Positions 27,313 through 40,020 of a stretch of 64,000 bases of DNA are shown here, piece by piece; position 1 is the first letter of the stretch; each line of letters begins with the position of its first letter. This DNA is from Octopus sinensis. Lineage: Eukaryota. Made by a program: the position numbers and the translations under genes. Below the pieces are notes generated by a model. It did not search any database, had not been told where the DNA came from, and saw nothing but the letters and a program-made list of their open reading frames with translations. The stretch is from assembly GCF_006345805.1 (NCBI RefSeq), contig NC_042998.1, forward strand, positions 130,200,001 through 130,264,000. Reading direction: 5' to 3'.

Positions 27313-29334
27313 AATTTTATATACTTTGTGCTTATAACTGATGCAAATAAGTTCTGAATACATAATCGCGAAAATTAGCAGGAAAAGTAAGTCAAAGGAA
27401 AATCATTCTGATACACATAGCTTAAAATAACTTGTTTTAATTTATTGAACAGGACTGGAGATGGTAATCGACTCAGAGCAATCGTTATAGTTATAAAAGT
27501 TTAATAAGTCACTCCAAAATAACTAAGCGTATATTCCGGTTATTTGTAGGAAAACGCAATAATTCTTTTCTCGAACATTAAATCCGTTCTAGGGTTAAAG
27601 TACAATACCTATATAATATGTCTTTCAGATGAATAAAACCATAATAATCGAAATGAAGAACATATTAGAAGTACTATGTGTCATCAAAATATTGAAAACA
27701 TTTACTTATAAGCACCATAATCTCACTACCGAACACATGTAGATGACAGCCCGATAGTATATGAACGACATTAATAGGGGGTTTTCTTTTATAATTCCTC
27801 GTCTTTAATTTGTCGATTTTCCCATTTATTTTATTCATCTTTCATCCGTTTGTTTTCTATGGATAATTTTCTTCGATATTTCAAAATTGGAATACGCATA
27901 TTTTTATTCAGCTCATAATCTTTCAGAATTTCATGAAGTAGATTGTTATCCATACACCTATGTTCTTAAGCTTAAGTGAATATCAAAATAAGAAAATTGA
28001 CAGCCCTGATTAAGATAAATATTCTATTGTCTATGCAACTATATTCGTTATGGCCAATTTTTTTATCTTGCCTTTTCGCGACTATATTTTGTCATTTTCA
28101 ACGTATTTCCCAGTCTTAGAATTGTTTATTAATCACTTTAGACTTATGTCTTAATTATCATCGAGGTTTGTGTTTTTGTTATCACTTCACTTCCAATTTG
28201 TCATCGATGACATTCTTCTATTAGTTGTGGCTTATATTGGTCATTTCGTTTTATGTATGTTGACGCTACTGTTTTTAAATTACATTACTCTGTACTTTAT
28301 AAGTTATTTATATTATTTATAATCATTTTTATAAGAAAAAAAGCATAATTTATTATCGTTGTTGTCATTTGGAGATTACATTAGATTATGATACGTTTGA
28401 TATTTTTGTTTTTGCTATTCTTTACTTTGCCGTAGTGGTTGTTAATTAATTTAATAACAAAACACCTTCTACTTCATAAAAAGAATAAAAAGAAAACCTA
28501 CAGCGATTACAAAGGCTTCAACGTTAATAGAGCAACAATATCAGTAGCAGCAACTTCAGCAATTAAGGTTATAACAACAAGAGCAAAAAATTAAAAAAAC
28601 AAGAAGTACAACGGTAAAAACAACAGCTACAACAACTCTGTATAATTCATCTGACGTTAGCAATTCAATTTGAAGAACATTAGAATAATTCCCATGGTTT
28701 CATACTACTGCAATAGTCACCTCTGATTCACTACATAGAAATCGGTATTAACAACGATCCTTGCATGAAAGGATTAATTAATTCGCCAAAGAAAATTGAA
28801 TAAATTTTTCAAGAAAATTTAATTTTTCCTCCTTGTGTTTTCTTTTTTCTTTTGTTTAATTTTCTCTATGCAAAGACCCTCATTTCAATGTAATATCGTG
28901 CAATAAGTTACACGAACCCAAAGTGTGTCTCGATTTCTTCTCGTAATCGACAGTAAAACTATTATCACTCAAAGACTACGTGTTCATTTCAGGAAGAGGA
29001 CGTAGATTTTGGTATTCTACAATCTCATGCTAGCATTGCATTCTAAATGTGTGCATATAAGAATTTATTACAGCGTTAGGATTTCGTCGTTCAAACAATG
29101 ATGATATGGTTGGTTTACTGGCAAGGAGAAGGAGAGAAACACGAAGAGAAAGAACACAAGAAATAGAGAGAGTATGAGCATGTGAGAATAGGAGGGAAAC
29201 AGAGAAAGAGAAAAAAGGAAAGAAAAAATGATAAAGAGAGGCACGGACATTAAATTGTTTTACAGCGGCACTAAATTTTGCCACGTAGAAGAAACGTTAT
29301 GCTAGAAAAGATGCTAAACTATTAATACTAGTAA

Positions 29335-29357
29335 TACTACTACTACTACTACTACAA

Positions 29358-29441
<84 letters not shown>
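29335..29441. repeat. (TAC)n microsatellite
   Basis: Direct reading. Confidence 0.95.
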
Positions 29442-30017
29442 AGTGCTTAAAAAGTAATTAATACTAACAATAACCATCCTGGTTATAGCTTCTACTTAAA
29501 TTAGGCAGCGGATATAAATCAGGGGATAATATATTAGAGTCTGTCAACGAGAAACAGCTCTATAGAAGAAAAGGTGAGCTGTGTGCAACAGATAGGATTT
29601 AGAAAGGTAGGATGTGATTAGAGAAGGTAACTGGTGAATCAATATGAATCGATTGGTTACGGGCTCGTTTTTAAGGTAACATAAAGGATATATACATACT
29701 CCATAGATAAGTTTAGTTTCACAATTTTATACACACATTGGCACGTACACAATTATAAAAGAACACGTTATCTACACACATACAGACAGACATACACTCA
29801 CATACATATATACATCTTTTATTTGTGTCGGTCATTGGGCCGCGACCATACTGGATCACCGCTTTGAAGAACTTGTCATAATCGAATGAATCTACTCCAA
29901 TACTTATTTCTGTTGTTATGCCTTGTACTTATATCGGACTCTTGTGCCGAACAGTTAGGTTAAGGGAACCATATACCTTCCCAACGGGAAGATATGTGTA
30001 TGTGTATGTATGTATGC

Positions 30018-30146
<129 letters not shown>

Positions 30147-30194
30147 TCTATATATAAATCCTATATATATGTATATATATATCCCGTATATAAA

Positions 30195-31275
30195 TCCTAA
30201 AGCCTTCTACACGTTGGCAAAGGAGTCTGTCTCAGTACGCTATAAGATAGGGTCACTATTTGGTAAAAAAACAGCTCAGTAACTGCAAACCCCAGGGAGA
30301 TAAGTGAAGCACTAAATAAACAATTCCGAAGTGTTTTCACCTCTCCACTGGAAAATAGGCAAATATACAAGCTTGAGGAGTTTTTTTTATATGTAACGAA
30401 TCTTTTCGAAAACCATCGGTTACATCAACGTAATAGAAGAGGATATAAGTCGGCCATTGATGAGATGAGATCAAACTCAGCAACGAGTCTAGATGGACTC
30501 CCGGCTGTTCACTTGAAGACATGTAAAAAGGCTCTTGCAAAGCCACTGCAGATACTCTTTCAGAGTTTCCTTGCATGTAGTAAACTTCCCAACATGATAA
30601 AAGAGGGTTTAATATGCCCGGTCCATAAAGGAGGTAATAGAGCAGATGCTAAAACTACAGGCCCATCTCACTGACCTCACATGTTAGCAACACAATGGAA
30701 TGCATTGTCAGAAAAAGGCTGATCACGTTCCTAGAAGAAAACAACCTTCTCACGCTGCATAGCTTCCGTCCAGACAGGAGCTGCCTCACACAGATGCTAC
30801 ATCACTTTGACTGGATACTGAAAGAACAGCTAAGTCAGTCAGCTGTAGACGTGATATACCCCGACTTTGCCAAAGTCTTCTACAAGATTGATCATGGCAT
30901 GATATGTCACGAGCTGCAAAACATTGGTATTACTGGGAAACTGGGAGAGTGGCTGCCTGACTTTTTGCAGGGCAGGAGTCAGACAGTTGTACCAATGGTG
31001 CTCACTCTGAAGAGACACCAATTCCCAGCGAAGTCCCACAGGGAATTGTACTGGGACCACTACTATTTGTGGTGGCCTTTTCAGACATGCTCAATCTAAC
31101 CAGTTATGCTGACGGCACAAAAGTATCGGAGGCATGGGCTAACAAAAATAACATTCCGTTCAGTGCAATGAAATTTCAGGCACCCCACTATCGGCCCAAA
31201 ACCAGGCTAAAATCGGAATACACTGGACCAGAGTCAGAGTCTGGCGTGTGTACTGGGGTTTCACATGAGCAATGA
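30195..31275 (+). mobile_element. Decayed CR1-group LINE reverse transcriptase fragment
   Basis: LKTCKKALAKPLQILF, ICPVHKGG, HSFRPDRSCLTQM, VDVIYPDFAKVF, VPQGIVLGPLLF and YADGTK motifs across frameshifts. Confidence 0.9.
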
Positions 31276-31934
31276 GGCATTGTATTCCATATACATATTG
31301 CCAAGTTGCAACACTGTGCAGGTGAGCATCGATTGTTCCAGGAATCGAACCCACGTTCTAGAGCTCATCACAACAACCACAAGGCTACTATGTGTCAATC
31401 TTTCTTTTTTGTATTACCGTTCCAGGAAAAGGTATTTGTATTTGATGTCGTGAATGACATCTCTAATACATCTGCGTACAATCTGTTTTCGCTATGTTGT
31501 GGTATGCGTGAGTGTTTTCTCACCAAAATATATTTCATTCTTATTTCTGATCAAAGGTAATGAGATTTCTTTTTTCTACGTAAATAAGGAAGAAGATAAA
31601 GAGAAGAAGCAAATGAAAAAACGTGATTAAATACATGCTGATTAGTTGAAGCAATACTCAAATTGGTAAAAGTCTGTTCTTGTTCCGTTAGAGCTTTTCT
31701 CTTCTGCATTCATATATAAACGTATAGGTGCATATCGATGAACATACACAAATTCCACACAAAGCATGTAATCCGTGGTAATAAGTATATACTCATTAGG
31801 TTTTTGTAATACACACAAATATGCGATTTTAAACATAAAAATATACATTTACCGACATAGATTCTTACACAAACACGCACGTGCCCACGCACTGACGCAC
31901 ATACACATGCACACACACACACACAGACACACAC

Positions 31935-32006
<72 letters not shown>

Positions 32007-32339
32007 CACTAAAACATATAATACATATTCTGTGTGACTGTTTACACACATACACACATTGTGGCGCTGCATCGGTTCCAGTTGATCCGATCAATGGAAC
32101 AGACTTCTCGTGAAATTATCGTGCAAGTGGTTAAGCACTCTACAGGCACATGTACCCTTAACGCAGCTCTCGGGGAGATTCGGCGTGACATAAAGTGTGA
32201 CAAGGCTGGCCCTGTGAAATACAAGTACAACAGAAACAGAAAGAACGAGTCAGAGAAATTTGTGTTAAAAGAGTACAACAAGGATAGTTAGATACACATA
32301 CTTAGAAACTTCATATTAGTACGGTAAGAAAATTGTTGT

Positions 32340-32480
32340 ACCAGTGTTGGCTGAAAAGCCCATTGGCTGACCAAGAACTCTCATAGAATGTGACCATTAT
32401 AGTTCTCCTTGCGGTCCACACATCATGCATCAATGTTGCAGTGCTTGGATTCGATTGGTGAGGAAGCTTCCACTTTGAAA
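32340..32480 (-). mobile_element. Mariner 3'-end remnant
   Basis: Minus strand encodes CVDRKENY (mariner C-terminus-like), followed by a TIR-like end (GGCTGAAAAG on +). Confidence 0.5.
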
Positions 32481-32829
32481 GAGGGTTAACTTATACATAT
32501 CTAGATAGTCGATTTGCTTAAATATAGCTATCACTCTCTCACAAAGATACAAATGTTATTCTTTGAGTTTTAATTAAAATCTTTTTCGTTCATGCCAGTC
32601 GCTAAGTGACAAGACATTTTGAGATGAGAGAGTACCTGGTGATTATATATACGTGACTGACGGAGAAAACAAAAGAAATTTGTTTAATCAGATCTAAAAC
32701 GCTATCAAATTTAAAAAACTCAGAAGTGCATAACATTATTTGTTTTTTCTCAAATGAGAGAAATTTCGATCAGGATCAGAAGGTTAACAGAAAAAAATGA
32801 CAGAGGATTATATTCAGAACCTTCTGAAT

Positions 32830-33367
32830 GTCCAACTATTAAGCACAGACAATTTCCTGCAACTGTCATGGATTTGGGAGGTGTTATTAATGGAGGGAAC
32901 AAGGTGACATCTCTCTTTATTTCCATAACGCCTTACAGTTAACTCTGGCTACAATGAACTCCAGGAAATAGTTGACAAGCCCTGCATAGATGAAGTATGC
33001 AAAAGAAGGCCTTACGTGTTTCAGAAAGACTGAGCGCTATCACATAAGGATCAAGCCACACAAAAATGGATGGCTGACGATATTCATGACATGACCCATA
33101 ATATTTGGCCTCCAAACTCACCAGTTCTTAATCCGTTGAATTACTATGTGTGGAGCATTGTTGTGTGTGTGTGTGTGAGAGAGAAGGAGAGAGAGAGAGT
33201 GACAGAGACAGGTCAATCAACAACTCCATAACGCCAAGGGTACTTTGAAATCCGCCCTAGTCAGAGTAATATCCGATATGAACCAGCTCCATTTAATTCG
33301 GGCATGTGAACAATTCACACCTTGCTTAGAATTAGTTATTGCTGCTGAAGGTGGCTACATTGAATAA
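32830..33367 (+). mobile_element. Decayed Tc1/mariner (maT/DD37D-like) transposase fragment
   Basis: FPATVM, PYVFQKD, IWPPNSPVLNPLNYYVWSIV, LIRAC and AEGGYIE-stop motifs. Confidence 0.82.
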
Positions 33368-33467
33368 CATTATAAAGAAGATAATCTACATTCTATGTGC
33401 AAATTTTTGATCAATAAAACTATTTTCTTTTATTTTATGTATGTTTCTATAAAAAAAATTGTCATTA

Positions 33468-33517
<50 letters not shown>

Positions 33518-33973
33518 ATGTATGTATAAATAAGGTGCACAGAAATGTGGATGGTTTTATATTTACAGATTTTTATTAATATGTCATATGTTTTTATAAA
33601 TCATATAATAGCGCTTCAGATTTTAGTGTATTTGAGATGATTCCTCTCTTTTTGTAGTATTATTGAGTGTGTAGGGGTGGGGAGAGATATAGGATAGTAA
33701 AAGAGGGTGAGGAATGGGGGGAGAAAGTGAGAGAGTGTTTGTGTGTGTGTGTGTATGTGTTTGTGTGTGTGTCTGTATCTGAAAGAAGTATCAGTAGAAA
33801 AGAGAAGGAAAAAAAGAAGGAAGTGAGAAAGAAGAAAAAAATTTTGTCTACCTCTTTACAGCTGGCCAGTTCTTTCAATAGAAAGTGATGAGTTGATTTT
33901 TGGCTTTTAAAAATGGTAAAACCAAATGGTTACTCTGAGGGGTATATATATGTATATATATATATATATAACC

Positions 33974-34113
33974 AGTAACTTAGTCGCTGTATGCGTGTCT
34001 GCCACCCCCGTGTGGGCCTCTTGCAACCGCGGCAGAAACTGCGCCGTAATCAGCAGCTGACGCAGTTTCTTCAGGCGCAGATCTATGGTTACTCGAGTCC
34101 GACGAAAGTTACT
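33974..34113. mobile_element. Short GC-rich foldback/MITE-like element
   Basis: Terminal inverted AGTAACTTAGTCG / CGACGAAAGTTACT; internal perfect 10-bp inverted repeat AGAAACTGCG (34034) / CGCAGTTTCT (34061). Confidence 0.55.
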
Positions 34114-34114
34114 A

Positions 34115-34161
<47 letters not shown>

Positions 34162-34165
<4 letters not shown>

Positions 34166-34361
34166 AATTGAATAGTAATAGTTTTTCTGGTAATTTTTTC
34201 CACTTTAATTATTGGATATTTATAAGTTTAGAAGAGGTGACTCGGTCAGGAGTTCCTCACTTAAAAGCGGTTTTCAAACTAATATTTTAGAGTTTGTCAT
34301 TCATTGTTAAAGTAGGGAGTGTTTTAGTACAAACATACCAACACTAACACAACACAACACA

Positions 34362-34405
<44 letters not shown>

Positions 34406-35340
34406 ACACATATATATATATATATATATATATAACTTTATATATACATATTAGCGAATTGCTAAGTCATCTAATATTTTGGATGACAACAACTTAAATA
34501 CTAATGGCAAAGTGAAAGAGTCGAACGAACGAGCGGACTTAACTGATGAGACAATGGATATTGCTGAAACTAACGTCAGTATTAAGAATTCTCAGTCGGT
34601 ACTTTTCGGACGATTATGGTCCCTGTTAGTGTATATGTTTTCATTCACGTGATTTAACTACAACATTAGAGCGATTTAGGTCTTATTTCTTGCAATGCAG
34701 GTGTTTTCTAACACCCTAGTCACATTTAATGAAAATCACAATTCTCCGTTTTTGGTGAAACCTTGCACACTGCTGAGTGTGTGTGTGCGTGTGTGTGTGT
34801 ATTGTATATGTATGTACTCTATGTGTAAGAACTAAATGCGTATGTTCGTGACGATATTGGTAAGTAGACTTGCTGCCAGGTACCTTTGTTATTATCGGGG
34901 CTATATAGAACCATTTCATACCAAAGTGAACACACCCAAAAATTATATTTCTTTGTTATTGATCTACTTAATTCTCCATCACTTTTTTTGTGTGTGTATG
35001 TACGATTATATGTGTGTATGTGTTTCTCTGCGTGTATGTATGTGTACCGTCCTATGTTTTTGAGTGTGCGTATGTGTCTCTGTGTGTGTACCTCTTTCTA
35101 TATATATATATATGCGTTTATGTATGGGTCTATGTATATGAGTGTGTTTGTATGTATGTATGTTTGCACTTAAACGCTCGCTATTAACACATAGAATAAT
35201 ACACTCAAAAATATCAGCTTGAAAACAGCATTGACGCAAGAAACTCTTGACAGAGACACTTCTTCTAAACTTATAAACATATAATTATTAAAGTAGGAAA
35301 AATTATCAGAAAAGCCATTTCTATTCATTTTTTCAATTAT
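34162..35340. repeat. Pair of diverged copies of a 140-bp dispersed repeat in inverted orientation (34162-34300 and 35195-35340)
   Basis: Shared tttataagtttagaaga and gttttcaa.ct.atattt blocks on opposite strands. Confidence 0.7.
34538..34586 (+). ncRNA. Type I hammerhead ribozyme
   Basis: CTTAA-CTGATGA-gacaat-ggat-attgct-GAAAC-taacgtca-GTA-TTAAG. Perfect 5-bp stem I; stem III ACTAACGTCAGT is one change from the palindrome ACTGACGTCAGT. Confidence 0.78.
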
Positions 35341-35677
35341 ATAATACTGTACCAAGAAATTTCTATTTTTTATTGTACTATATATATACATGCATATATA
35401 TAAATACATATATATATATATATATACATGTACAAATGCGTTTATGCGTACATACATACGCACACATAGACACACATACACACATATATATGCACATATC
35501 GCTTTTGATCTTACTGCGTGGAAATTTATGCATGTGTCTTTTATATTAATATCGATTTGAGTGATACCTTTTGTAGACAGAAAGCGTGTATAACATAGAC
35601 TTACATCTCTCTCTCTCTCTCTCTCCTTTACTCTCTCTATTTCTCTACCTCTGTCTCTCTCTCTGTCTATATACAGT

Positions 35678-35745
35678 GGGCAGTTTAGCTTAACTGGTAT
35701 AGTATTCAGCATCCGGGAGGTGCCGATTCGAGTCCCATGGCTATT
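35678..35745 (+). pseudogene. Degenerate tRNA-like sequence (tRNA pseudogene or SINE head)
   Basis: A-box-like TAGCTTAACTGGT and B-box-like GATTCGAGTCC at tRNA spacing; no intact cloverleaf. Confidence 0.45.
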
Positions 35746-35834
35746 TGTTGACAACTTTTTCCGTCATGTATGAGTAAAATACCTCATTCTTTCTGCAGTT
35801 TTCACAGCTATATTGTGTTCGAAATATTCCTTGT

Positions 35835-36170
35835 AGGTGCGGGTAAGAAGTGTGGTAAGAAGGTTGCTTCCCAACCACACGGTTCCAGGTTCAGTCCTAC
35901 TATAGTCTCGAGGCGACCAAAGCCTTACCTGTAAATATTCTATGTGTATGTGTCTTTGTCTATGTGTATGTCCCTCATTACCGCTTGATAACCAAGGTTG
36001 GTGTGTTTACGTCCCCGTCACCTAGCGGTTCGGTAAAAGGGTCCGATAGAATAAGTACCAGTTTAAAATGTAAGTACTGGTGTTGGTTCATTCGACTACA
36101 GATTCTAGGCGGTACCCCAGCATGGCCGCAGTCCAATGACTAAATCACGCAAAAGATAAAAAATAAAAGA
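35835..36170 (+). mobile_element. tRNA-derived SINE (minus-strand relatives at 13365-13420, 29815-29970, 47340-47728, 47800-47850, 50790-50975)
   Basis: GTGTGGTAAGAAG..GGTTCAGTCC head; shared tail CCAGCATGGCCGCAGTC.AATGACT ending in A-rich repeats. Confidence 0.8.
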
Positions 36171-37540
36171 TATATATATATATATATCATTAGATAGTGA
36201 CAACACCGTAGAACCACTGAATGTCCGAATCGAAGAAACCTAGCCTGGTACGTATTCGATCGGTTTTCCTCTGTCCATTCCTAAGCTATGGCGACGTAAC
36301 CAAGCTAAGGCGGGTTTTCAAGCAGATATAACCACATAGTCGCAAGCGCTTTTATACATACGTATACACTCGTGCGCGCGCGTACACATATGGAGGCATT
36401 ACTGTACGCACAACATAATTGGCTAAGGAATAACAAAGATTGAGCGTACTATTTATGATTTTTAAACTCTACGAAAGAAAAACATTTCATATGAAAGGTG
36501 TAGCTATATGCGATTTACCACTGGCAAAGCACAAGCCGAATTGAAACTCATGTATCACACGAAAAGAAGTTAAAAAATACACCACTGATATCATGAATTC
36601 TACCCAGTCTTATCCATTACATAATTGTAAACCCTGCGTTAACATGCGGACTAAATGACATTACAACTCTTTAACAAGAATTTGTGAAGCGTCAGCTTAA
36701 AGTATTAATGAATGCTATTGTTCCACACGAAACACAAAGGCGCTAATAAGGAAATATGGAAAATCTTCAATAAAAAAAATTCGTCAAACTGAAGCATAAT
36801 TGCATTTTCTGAAATGTAACGGTTAAAAGCAAAACTGTTGCTTTGTTACACGCACAAACACACACGTACACACACACACATCTATATACGCACATGCAAA
36901 TACACAGGCATACACGTATGAGTAGGTATGTTTATGTGTGCGTGCTTATTAGTGTGGTGTGCTTAGTATAAATAAAACGGTGTTAGTTATGGTAGAAGTA
37001 TAAATATTTAAGCTGTATTCTACTCCTATCCATACCTCTATATGAATACACATAGAATATGTAGTGTTTAGTCCCACACGTGTTTCAATAAATATTTCAA
37101 CAAATAATAAACATATAAGATTGTAGTAAAGCTCTGAGGCCGATATCATAAACCAAACACGGAACCCAATCTAAGAACTAAAATGAAAAGAGTAGGTGAA
37201 GGCACGTGGTTTAGATATTATAGGTACTCGGCTCACGATCGTAAGACTAGGAGTTTGATTTCGTGAAATAAAGCAAGACGCTTTATTTCACATTGCTCAA
37301 GTTCACCCAATTAGCAAAAATGGATAGTACCTGTAATTCAAAGGGACCAGCATTGTCACATTCTGCATCACATTCAATCTGCCTGAGAGCTACAGTAAGG
37401 GTACACGTGTATGTAGAGTGCTCAACTGCTTGTACGTTAACTTCAAGGGCTGGGTGTTCCGTTGATCGGATCAACTGGAACCCTCGCTGTGTAAACAACA
37501 GTGTGGCAATTTGAAAAGAATAAATGTACCAGGGCATATT

Positions 37541-37585
<45 letters not shown>

Positions 37586-37649
37586 CTACATACATACATA
37601 CATACACGCACATAAATACATACACACATGACATGTATATATGTATGTG

Positions 37650-37707
<58 letters not shown>

Positions 37708-37710
<3 letters not shown>

Positions 37711-38340
37711 GATTGGCCAAACGTCACCTGTCAGTAAATCAAAACCATTCCATTCCATGATTTATTTATATCTAACAACCGAAATAATTTAATAAAAGCA
37801 TTTAAATATAAAATGTCATGAAAATTGTTCAAACTGAAGCCCTTCTTCAGTCACAGATTTTTCCATTCGAGTCAAGAATTACAGATAGTATTTATGGAAT
37901 TTTGATTTACTGTCGGATGACTTTTGGCCAAACCTGGATTTATTAACATATTCAGCTGATATAGGCATGGAATTTGGCCAAAAGAAATATTCATATTTGG
38001 TTATAGAACGAGGAAATTCAGTCCCCCAAACCCAAAACCTGTGCATCAGCGGTGTCGCTATCTCCCACTTCATCACAAAGAATTTTACAAGTAACTAGGC
38101 ACTGGTGAAAATGTATCATATGAAGGCACTATGAACAAAGATAGAGTGACCCGATTAGAAAAATATGGCTGTCGGAACCCAGATTAGGAAAATATGGTTG
38201 TCGGAACTCTCCTCTAACAACAAAACAATATCCCACAGTGCATTGCTGTACCAGTGCTGATTCCAACGTTTTGGATACTTGATTGATCTGTAGAGGAAAA
38301 GCCTGACCACGACTGGGAACTTCCACAGAAACCGTGATGC
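37708..38340 (-). mobile_element. Decayed Tc1/mariner-superfamily remnant
   Basis: TA-flanked end CAGGATTGGCCAAA; minus-strand EFPRSITKYEYFFW and TRMEKSVTEEGLQFEQF-stop resemble the WPPRSPD..DFFLW and GGHFE C-terminal motifs. Confidence 0.55.
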
Positions 38341-38344
38341 TATC

Positions 38345-39390
38345 AGGCTCTACCTAAGATGAAATGAAGGCAGTCCTGAAAAGTGAAGTGAGCAAAATTG
38401 TACGAGTTGGCAGTGAACACAAGAAACACTCTCTTCCTGATTATCTCCCTACACAGCCTCGAAATAGCACTCAACATACGAAAAAATACCATGTATGGGT
38501 ATGTTGCTCGGAAGCTTGAAGAAGACATTAGAATTGACACGAAGCGCAGCCTTTCTTGGACACAAGACCACTGTATCATATCACACTTTGAAAGCTATGC
38601 ATTTGCAATCTAGGAACAGGGGATTGCATCAAAGTACATGGTGAACAAGAGAGACTGTGATGCTCTTGTAATCTCTAGGTGCAACCTTTTGTGTAGGCTA
38701 TGTCATGTTTCTCTGGAAGACATTACGCATGTGATTTGTAGCTTTCCTAAAATGTCGTCACGGTACTACCTCCCTATGCGGCACAATGTTGTTAATAAAA
38801 CAATTTACAATACCATCTGCAAAAAGCTGACTGTTCTGAAATATACTTAGAAATTCCCTCTATTACGGAATACATTTATAAACACTAACTGAAGGCATAC
38901 TGGTGGAATATTCCCATCAAAACTTGTCAAACGTAAGCATAACATGCCCGATCTTTTTGTTTGTGACAGAGGGGCAAAGGTATGTACCATGATAGAAGTT
39001 AGCCGCCCTGCAGATAAAAATATCACTTCGAAAATCACAGAAAAAGGAGATATCTATGGACAACTGCTTCGAAACTTCCAGCTTCTATATCCAGATTATA
39101 AATTCATATCCATACCAAGAATGATTGGAGCACTAGGTTTTGTTAGTAAATGCTTAAAGGAGAATCTGGATAAACAGGAATTTTCAGAAAGAGAAACTGA
39201 CCGGTTGATTCGTACATTACCTGTCAAATTTGTTAGTGGAACAGTAAAAAATATGCAAGACTTTTCTCAAGTTCCAAATGTGAATTTTTCTGTGTTAATT
39301 ACATCTCAAAAATGGAGCCTTGTATTTTTGTTGGAAACCGGCTCCCTCCTCATTAGAGGATTTATAATAATAATAAAAAATATAAGAGAC
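38345..39390 (+). mobile_element. 5'-truncated RLE-type non-LTR retrotransposon related to 6281-7175
   Basis: MYGY..SLSW..SHFESYAFAI, CRLCHVSLEDITHVICS, PKMSSRYYLPMRH, PDLFVCD..IEVSRP and IGALG motifs; 3' end runs into (CATA)n. Confidence 0.9.
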
Positions 39391-39677
39391 ATACATACAT
39401 ACATACATACATACATACATACATACATACATACATGCATACATACCTATATATATATAGTGTACTGTTCTGTGATGGTAAAACTAATGAAAAATGTACT
39501 TCATCTGGTGAGAGCATGCTAAACAGTGTTTTTAACACGTCTAGTGTCTTTGCACAATCATCAGATATTGCTGAAGACATCAGATGTGTTAAAAAACATT
39601 GTCTGGCATGCTCTTGGTACATGGACGTAATAGTAGCAATAAAAGCTCATGTTTTGTCTATTAAATATCTATATCCA

Positions 39678-39679
<2 letters not shown>

Positions 39680-39755
<76 letters not shown>

Positions 39756-39808
39756 ACTATCTATCTATCTATCTATCTATATATCTATCTATCTATCTAT
39801 CTATCTAT

Positions 39809-39854
<46 letters not shown>

Positions 39855-39864
39855 CTCTATCTAT

Positions 39865-39923
<59 letters not shown>

Positions 39924-39940
39924 CCAATCAATCTATCTGT

Positions 39941-39977
<37 letters not shown>

Positions 39978-40020
39978 AATCTATCTATATAAATATCTAT
40001 CTATCTATCTATCTATCTAT
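39680..40020. repeat. (CTAT)n microsatellite; second tract at 56477-56627
   Basis: Direct reading. Confidence 0.95.
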
